From an uncultured Candidatus Saccharibacteria bacterium (lineage in GTDB: Bacteria > Patescibacteriota > Minisyncoccia > Phycocordibacterales > SBAW01), in contig CAZMIU010000001.1 of the NCBI GenBank assembly GCA_964566795.1, positions 280,789-331,090 on the forward strand: a stretch of DNA of 50,302 nt, given 5' to 3'. The notes below the pieces were generated by a model. That model worked only from the letters and a program-made list of their open reading frames with translations. It ran no database searches and was not told the origin of the DNA. Shown here one piece after another: positions 44,524-50,302 of this stretch (position 1 is the stretch's first letter; each line of letters begins with the position of its first letter). A program made the position numbers and the translations under genes.

Positions 44524-44910
44524 CTATTTCTCTCCTTCTCCGAAGTCCAAACAGACGGAGTTTAGGCAGTAGCGCTGGCCGGTTGTGGTGGGACCATCGT
44601 CAAAGACGTGGCCCAAGTGGCTGCCACACTGCGCACACACCACCTCGGTGCGGCTCATGCCGTGGCTATTGTCTGCAATCTCTTTAGTAGCGCCAGGCAG
44701 GGCCTGGTCAAAGCTCGGCCACCCTGTGCCCGAGTCAAACTTGGCATTACTGCTAAACAGCGGGTTGCCACACGCGGCGCACTTAAACATGCCGTCTCTG
44801 TCCTCGTGCAATAGCTTGCCCGAGAAGGGGGCCTCGGTCCCCTTCTCGCGCAGCACTTTGTATTGCTCAGGAGTCAGCTTCTCCTTCCACTGTTGTTCGT
44901 TATTAGGCAT
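44524..44910 (-). CDS. msrB: Peptide methionine (R)-sulfoxide reductase
   Basis: [36 protein letters not shown]. Confidence 0.97.
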   Translation of the reverse strand: MPNNEQQWKEKLTPEQYKVLREKGTEAPFSGKLLHEDRDGMFKCAACGNPLFSSNAKFDSGTGWPSFDQALPGATKEIADNSHGMSRTEVVCAQCGSHLGHVFDDGPTTTGQRYCLNSVCLDFGEGEK

Positions 44911-44947
44911 TGTTCTGGTTGTTACTTGTACTTGTTGTACCTGTTTG

Positions 44948-45619
44948 CTAGTCCCACTCTTCAGTAGGGACAGCGCTAATATCCTCGGCGTCGGCCACTG
45001 CGGCCGGGATTACGCACAACACGCGCCCCGCAATTTTAAAGTCCTCGCGCAACACTATCGGCTTGTATTTAGGGTCTTTGTTCTCCGGGTAGAGGATGGT
45101 GACTCCCTCGCGGCGCTCCAGTCGCTTTACCGTCACCATGTCGCCCACTATCGCCGCCACCCTGTCGCCGCTCCTCACGTTGTCCGTAAACTGCACCAAA
45201 ATGTAGTCGCCGCTGTTAATCCCGGCGTCGAGCATACTGTCGCCCACAGCGCGCACAGCTACAATGTTGCCGTCCTCGCCCGCAATGTTTTTGTCTACCT
45301 GTAAAAACTCGTCGTACTGCTCTTGCGCGTACACAGACAGATCGTCACACCCCACATTGGCCACCACCGGCACCGAGACAAGCGTCTCGGAGCGGCCAAA
45401 CGCGTCTATGGGGCGCAGCTCTATGTTGCGGCGCGCATAGCGGCGGCGCACCACATAGCCCTTGCGCTCAAGGATGTCTAAGTACTGCACCACCGTGCGT
45501 ATAGACTTAAACCCCAGGTTTTTACGCAGCTCATCTAGAGTGGGCGGCTCGCCCTTGGCCTCTAGGTACAGGGAGATGTTCTCCAAAACACGCTTCTGCT
45601 TGCCGGTGAGTGTGCTCAT
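44948..45619 (-). CDS. lexA: LexA-like repressor (wHTH plus S24 peptidase)
   Basis: LT.KQKRVL..I...PPTLDEL, L..LERKGY, GDSM (Ser), VTVKRL (Lys). Confidence 0.88.
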   Translation of the reverse strand: MSTLTGKQKRVLENISLYLEAKGEPPTLDELRKNLGFKSIRTVVQYLDILERKGYVVRRRYARRNIELRPIDAFGRSETLVSVPVVANVGCDDLSVYAQEQYDEFLQVDKNIAGEDGNIVAVRAVGDSMLDAGINSGDYILVQFTDNVRSGDRVAAIVGDMVTVKRLERREGVTILYPENKDPKYKPIVLREDFKIAGRVLCVIPAAVADAEDISAVPTEEWD

Positions 45620-45642
45620 GTGTGTATTTTTAAGGCTACTAA

Positions 45643-45660
45643 TGTAGTTAGTATACTACA
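45643..45660. promoter_or_regulatory. Candidate LexA operator overlapping the lexA -10 box
   Basis: TGTAGT-N6-ACTACA palindrome containing the minus-strand TATACT. Confidence 0.5.
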
Positions 45661-45735
45661 AATACCACACAAAAATACACAAAATACACAAATTTGGGTG
45701 GATAAAGCACTCGGGAACAAGTTGTGTAAAGGCGT

Positions 45736-46299
45736 CTAGTGCCCGCCCTCCTGCCAGCGCCCTATAAAGTCAAAATGATGCACCAGGTTAACCGCATTAA
45801 GCACCAGGCCGTCGCGTATAAACCACAGCGAGGTACCCTCCAGAGCCACCCCAAGCCCCACCGAGGCCCACACCGGGAGCCTCATGGCCGCCACAAACCC
45901 GGCGATCATCGCCACCGTGTCGCTTAGCGAGTTAATAATACTGTCGCCAAAATAACCCTGGGCCAGCGCCTGCTGGCGGTAATGGTCTATAAGCCACGGC
46001 GTGTTCTCCAGTATCTCCCACCCCGCCTCTATGCCAACTGCTGCCACAAGGCGCATACTCATCGGCAGTTTGGGAAAGAATTTGCCAAGCAGCCAATAAA
46101 ACAGGAGCCCGTGTATAAAATGCGAGAACGTGTACCAGTCGCTTAGGTGCTGCGAGTTGCCCGAGCCGGTCACGACACCCTCCCACAGCTTAACCGTGCC
46201 GCTTGCCGCGACAAGCGGCTGCCCAAACGCCCACAAGACAAGCGCCTGGAGCGCCACCAGGCTCACAACACCGGCGGCAATGTAGTAGATGCGCGTCAT
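45736..46299 (-). CDS. DUF2585 (UPF0314) membrane protein
   Basis: NSQHLSDWYTFSHFIHG, EAGWEILEN, YFGDSIINS; start re-called at MTRIY. Confidence 0.88.
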   Translation of the reverse strand: MTRIYYIAAGVVSLVALQALVLWAFGQPLVAASGTVKLWEGVVTGSGNSQHLSDWYTFSHFIHGLLFYWLLGKFFPKLPMSMRLVAAVGIEAGWEILENTPWLIDHYRQQALAQGYFGDSIINSLSDTVAMIAGFVAAMRLPVWASVGLGVALEGTSLWFIRDGLVLNAVNLVHHFDFIGRWQEGGH

Positions 46300-46574
46300 T
46301 AAATAACAAGGAGTATGGCTGCAGCCGCACCGCTTAACACACCCGCCAAGAGTACCGAGACAAGCGAGCGGTGTATGCCATACAGAGACCAGATAATGTT
46401 GTTGCCCAAGATAAGCCAGAGCGTGAGCGGCGAGAGCGTATTGGCCACTCCCACCACGAGTATCGCCCATATCTGCGGGTACAGCGCGAGGCCTGCCACC
46501 GCACCATTTATAACCGCCAACTTGTCTATGACATGATGGTGGCCCGACTCAAGCGGCATGTGGGGAGAGCGCAT
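46299..46574 (-). CDS. Small 3-TM protein (SemiSWEET / PQ-loop-like)
   Basis: LYPQIW, WSLYG; TACAAT-N6-ATG at 46574. Confidence 0.65.
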   Translation of the reverse strand: MRSPHMPLESGHHHVIDKLAVINGAVAGLALYPQIWAILVVGVANTLSPLTLWLILGNNIIWSLYGIHRSLVSVLLAGVLSGAAAAILLVI

Positions 46575-46602
46575 CTGCCTATTGTACCGTGTACTGGCAC
46601 TA

Positions 46603-46887
46603 TTAAGCTTCAATAGTGCCCTCTTTTTCGGTCGGCTGGGGCGGCTCGCCGGGCTCGCGCTTTTCCACAACAATAGTGCAGCGGGTTACAAGCGCCGCAA
46701 TAGCGCCCACAGCTGCGAGGAGCGGCGCAATGAGTGCCCCAATAGCGCCAATAGTGACCGGGAACTCCACTATGGTGTTGCCCGCCTCGCTTTTAATAAT
46801 GATGCGGCGCGCGTTGCCCTCGGCCACGATGCGCTTGACCGTGTCTATAATGTCGCTGCCCGATACTTTAAATTCTTCTGTAGCCAT
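46603..46887 (-). CDS. DUF4342 family protein
   Basis: EEFKVSG..II..VK..V.EGNARRIII...EFPVTIG...CTIVVE. Confidence 0.88.
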   Translation of the reverse strand: MATEEFKVSGSDIIDTVKRIVAEGNARRIIIKSEAGNTIVEFPVTIGAIGALIAPLLAAVGAIAALVTRCTIVVEKREPGEPPQPTEKEGTIEA

Positions 46888-46930
46888 AGGCGTACAGTAT
46901 AGCAAAATGGCCCCTAATGGGGCTGTTTTG

Positions 46931-47251
46931 CTACTGCTGGCCGGGTACAGACGAGTCGCCGAGCCCTGGGTCGTCTGAGGCGCTACCGGTGTTTATCGTG
47001 GTGCTGGCGCTCCCCTGTATGACTGGAGTCGTCTGAGCCGGGGTTGGCGTGGGGCATGGGGCAAAGGTGCAGTTGGGCCCAGTGCGGCCCACCGAGGTGC
47101 CGTCCGGACAAACAAAAGCCTCCATAGTGCAGGCCTGAGGGCCGCCCCCAATACCAGGCATTGCCGGCCCGCCATTAAGCGACCACCAATACCAACCCCC
47201 GAGCACTGCAACAAGTACAATTAATATAGCGACAATAGTGGATGTCTTCAT
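46931..47251 (-). CDS. Small membrane-anchored protein with CTMEAFVCPDG...GPNC.FAPC disulfide module
   Basis: TM anchor plus a 4-Cys module; TATACT-N6-ATG. Confidence 0.82.
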   Translation of the reverse strand: MKTSTIVAILIVLVAVLGGWYWWSLNGGPAMPGIGGGPQACTMEAFVCPDGTSVGRTGPNCTFAPCPTPTPAQTTPVIQGSASTTINTGSASDDPGLGDSSVPGQQ

Positions 47252-47267
47252 AGCTCAAGTATACCGC

Positions 47268-47639
47268 TTAGCCCACTACCACCTTAAAGCCCCCATAGGC
47301 CATACGCTTCATATCAAACGGCATGCTCTGGTCCTTCTTGTCGGCATACTTTTTGTCAAAGTAAGCCATCACCTCTTTGTTAACCTTGTTGCGGTGCGCC
47401 TTGTCCTTGTACGTTATAAACGAAAACCACACCTGCTCGCCTGCCTTGGTCTTGGCCATCTTGGGGAACGTAAAGGTAATGTGCTTGGGGCTCGTGTCGT
47501 CTGCCACGCACTCCTTGTAGTCGAGCGCGCCAAACTTAGTCCACACCTGCTTGGCCTCTGCGCACATCTTTTTATAAGCGGCCGCCTTGCCCTTGGGTAC
47601 GGAAAACACAAACCCGTCTACATATGTTGCCTTTTGCAT
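47268..47639 (-). CDS. DUF1428 family protein
   Basis: YVDGFV..VP, GALDYKECV, VWFSFI, MPFDMKRM.YGGF. Confidence 0.93.
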   Translation of the reverse strand: MQKATYVDGFVFSVPKGKAAAYKKMCAEAKQVWTKFGALDYKECVADDTSPKHITFTFPKMAKTKAGEQVWFSFITYKDKAHRNKVNKEVMAYFDKKYADKKDQSMPFDMKRMAYGGFKVVVG

Positions 47640-47690
47640 ACCAGAAGTATACCAAAGGCCCGGGAGTAGTCCCGGGCCTCATCCTGCCGC

Positions 47691-48059
47691 TTATGCCTTT
47701 TTAGGCTCGCTTAAGCTAAAGCCGACCGTGTCGTCAAACGGGTATACCTTGCACTGGATATACGCTTGGTCAAAGTGTGCTTGCAGCACGCCGTTGACCG
47801 CCTGGGCAAGCCTGGTCTGCAGCCCGTCGCTCATGTGCTGCCACCGCGGGACATCTACCTCGCAGTGGATGTACTCGCCCAAGCCCTGCAGCATCCCGTC
47901 TTTGGGGAAGATGATAATTACATCATCATCACCCTCCACCCCAAGGTCCTCGATCTCCGATAAGGCTCCCACGAGGTTGCTAACCAGTACCTCGTATTCC
48001 GGGTCGCCCCACTCGTCTGGGAGCAGATAGACCTTGATAACCGGTTTGGCTTTCGCCAT
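47691..48059 (-). CDS. Hypothetical protein (ORFan cassette; possibly a tautomerase-like beta-alpha-beta repeat)
   Basis: GGAGG SD 5 nt before ATG; alternating strand/helix pattern; hairpin downstream. Confidence 0.72.
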   Translation of the reverse strand: MAKAKPVIKVYLLPDEWGDPEYEVLVSNLVGALSEIEDLGVEGDDDVIIIFPKDGMLQGLGEYIHCEVDVPRWQHMSDGLQTRLAQAVNGVLQAHFDQAYIQCKVYPFDDTVGFSLSEPKKA

Positions 48060-48149
48060 CACATCCTCCTCTTGTGCTGAAGTCAGCCCACACTCTACAA
48101 CAGTTGTACAAAAAGAAAAGGCCGCCCCGGATGCCGGGACGGCCTTGGC

Positions 48150-48344
48150 CTACTGCTTGCGCAGATTGTAAACAGTAATATAGCGGTGCATCATAGTTGT
48201 GCCCAAAAGCTCGCGTGAGGCCTTGTGTCTGATCTTCACACGCGCGCTGTCCTCAGACTCGGCATCTACGGTCTCCGAACCCGACCTCCTGTGCAGATGA
48301 TGCATGACATTCCTAAACTCCCAATCACCCTTCCACCGAGCCAT
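48150..48344 (-). CDS. Hypothetical 64-aa protein (ORFan cassette)
   Basis: GGAGGT SD before ATG 48344 (MARWKG); terminator at about 48110-48146. Confidence 0.6.
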   Translation of the reverse strand: MARWKGDWEFRNVMHHLHRRSGSETVDAESEDSARVKIRHKASRELLGTTMMHRYITVYNLRKQ

Positions 48345-48442
48345 CCGGACCTCCGTTTCCCTAAAACAAACCCGCCCCACTCTACCCCACCCACCCAAAA
48401 ACACAAATCCCTTCAAATGTAACTCCTTCTAGACAGAACTAG

Positions 48443-49474
48443 CTAAGATCTAAGAAAAAGTCCAAAAACTGTCTCTCTGTGCCATTTTAATGAGATTAGA
48501 TTAGGCCGAGATCGAGAATCTTGTGGCAGAAAAACCGGCTTTCCTTCTAATTCTTTAAGATACTCCACATGCATGGCTTGAGGGTGTACTTTTATTCTAT
48601 AATCGTCGGTAACAGTAAAAAAACCTTTGTCAAAGGCCCAATGTAAATTTCTTTCAAAAGCTATCCCGTTGGAAGGGTGTGGCCCTCCTCCAAATGCACG
48701 AGCTTGTAGGTGTGCTGCCTCAAGATTAAAAAAGTCTTTATAATTAATTAAGAGTTTCTTCCCAGTTACAGCGCATTTGTATTCGTAGTAATGCAATATT
48801 AAGTCCCTAAAAGATCTGCTTCTCAATACTCTGGTTTCCACCGATTTATCCTCCTCCAATATAACTGATTGGGAAACAGGCTCCTTTAATGCAAATTCAA
48901 GAACTTCATTAGGTATAACTTTCTTGCCTACTTCTTTTATACGTCTAAGTCCATCGAGAAATGCTAATTTGGAAAGTGGAACTAGCGCGTGGCTCTTTTT
49001 TGGACCAACTGCAATCTCCTGAAGTATCGAATCAAGGTTGCCATATTCTCGCGATCCAGGAATATACCGCAATGTTTTATAAAAAATGTTTACTAATTCT
49101 TTAGTTTCCGGCTCAAGCACACGTAATTTTACAATTACAACAATATCGTTAGGTTTGAAAAAATTTGCACCCGGATCGATCTCCCCATTTAGATAAAGCC
49201 TATATTCATCCCTATTTTCCCCATCAGGTCCTGTAGCATATTTACTGTTATGGTATACATACCTCGAAGAAACAGTCTCATCTGAATTTACTGAAAAAAT
49301 ATCGAGCAGAACATGATCGTTTAGAGCAACCTTACTTAACGGAGGGAAGAAGTTAATTGCCTTCTTTGAAATTAGAAAATACCTCCCCCCTCCTCCTGGA
49401 CGACCTTTCCTAAACCCCAACTCTTGAGGCTGCAGTCTCCTTATATAAGCTAACTCGTCGAATTCATACTCCAT
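48443..49474 (-). CDS. HNH endonuclease (putative restriction enzyme)
   Basis: YEYKCAVTG...LEAAHL...NGIAF..NLHWAFDKG; AT-rich DNA; overlaps the methyltransferase gene. Confidence 0.88.
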   Translation of the reverse strand: MEYEFDELAYIRRLQPQELGFRKGRPGGGGRYFLISKKAINFFPPLSKVALNDHVLLDIFSVNSDETVSSRYVYHNSKYATGPDGENRDEYRLYLNGEIDPGANFFKPNDIVVIVKLRVLEPETKELVNIFYKTLRYIPGSREYGNLDSILQEIAVGPKKSHALVPLSKLAFLDGLRRIKEVGKKVIPNEVLEFALKEPVSQSVILEEDKSVETRVLRSRSFRDLILHYYEYKCAVTGKKLLINYKDFFNLEAAHLQARAFGGGPHPSNGIAFERNLHWAFDKGFFTVTDDYRIKVHPQAMHVEYLKELEGKPVFLPQDSRSRPNLISLKWHRETVFGLFLRS

Positions 49475-50302
49475 AACCTTGATGTCTCTTGTTCTACAAG
49501 ATTATCATCCAAAAAGGAAGCTACCGATTCTGCAACAGCCTGCGCAAGCAACGGGGGTACAGCATTTCCGATCATTTTATATTGATCCCCCATAGAGCCC
49601 AAAAACTCAAAATCGTCAGGGAATGACTGTAACCGAGCGGCCTCTCGTACGGTTATTGAGCGAGCCTGGTCTGGGTCGGGATGTATATGGCGCAATCCAT
49701 CTTTATGCAAATGTGACACAATAGTGTTACTTTGTTTGTTTGGCTCTAATACGTAATACTTATGTACGCTAGATACTTTGCCTGTCTTTTCTGTATATAG
49801 CTTTTTTAGTGCCTCGGCTGAGGCATACTTACGTTTAGTCCTCCGAAGATCGAGCGCAAGTTCTTTAAAGATCGCAATGTCCCTTGTATTATGAAACCTG
49901 GGGCTGTGATTGAGAATGTTGGTTGTTGCAGGTATGTGAGAATTTTTCTCTTTTTTATTCTTATTCACTGCAAACTTTGGTAAGTCAAATATAGCCTCGG
50001 CAACGGTCTTCTTCCTCGTTTTATGCGAAGTAAGCGTGTTTGTATAGAAGTCGCACAACAACTCCTGCGGATCCTGTTCAAAAGACTCATCTCGAATACC
50101 AAAGAGCACAACGCGTCTCCTGTTTTGCGGCACACCAAATTCTGCCGCATCAACTTGGGCATATTTTTCAATGTCTTCAACAAGAGAGTAGCCAATCTCC
50201 TTGAAGGTCTGTCTAACCCTTTCAACAATAGGTATGCCCCCAGGTCGGGCACTAAGCATGCCAGGGACGTTCTCAAATATAAATGCGTGAGGTTGTAGCC
50301 TG
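49450..50302 (-). CDS. DNA (cytosine-5) methyltransferase, 5' part outside the window
   Basis: FENVPGM at the edge, FGVPQNRRRV (motif VIII), ITVREAARLQSFPD (IX), IGNAVPP (X). Confidence 0.93.
   Translation of the reverse strand, partial: RLQPHAFIFENVPGMLSARPGGIPIVERVRQTFKEIGYSLVEDIEKYAQVDAAEFGVPQNRRRVVLFGIRDESFEQDPQELLCDFYTNTLTSHKTRKKTVAEAIFDLPKFAVNKNKKEKNSHIPATTNILNHSPRFHNTRDIAIFKELALDLRRTKRKYASAEALKKLYTEKTGKVSSVHKYYVLEPNKQSNTIVSHLHKDGLRHIHPDPDQARSITVREAARLQSFPDDFEFLGSMGDQYKMIGNAVPPLLAQAVAESVASFLDDNLVEQETSRLWSMNSTS

Overview
The window looks like Patescibacteria (CPR), most likely Parcubacteria, chromosomal DNA using genetic code 11. This is inferred from gene content and order, not from a marker-gene search. 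The backbone is core genes: rpsA, pth, lepB, a degenerate HisRS paralog, rpsU, ybeY, ftsA, ftsZ, trxB-like, tsaD, valS, lepA, murJ, lemA/htpX, groES/EL, secG, rnj, mutY-like, Pif1 helicase, msrB and lexA. It also carries 7 tRNAs and RNase P RNA. The right end is an AT-rich restriction-modification island (C5 methyltransferase, truncated by the window edge, plus an HNH nuclease). The most striking signal is a set of short (about 85-130 bp) structured palindromic elements. One family has three copies sharing the core AGTCTGGCC-(variable)-GGAGACCCGAGGACT with covarying stems: one intergenic and two translated in-frame inside tsaD and mutY, in opposite orientations. A second element adds about 40 residues in-frame to the thioredoxin reductase, and a third sits upstream of the Pif1 helicase. 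In at least one case the outer arm mirrors host coding sequence. Secondary signals are a two-tier expression layout (leaderless host genes versus self-contained SD-bearing ORFan cassettes, one of which splits ftsA-ftsZ), an orphan RNA of about 108 nt with its own promoter and terminator, an unannotated 34-aa membrane protein, a sortase with an adjacent LPNAG substrate, and a candidate LexA operator. No CRISPR array, transposase, integrase or rRNA was seen. All family calls come from motif recognition by eye; no searches were run.
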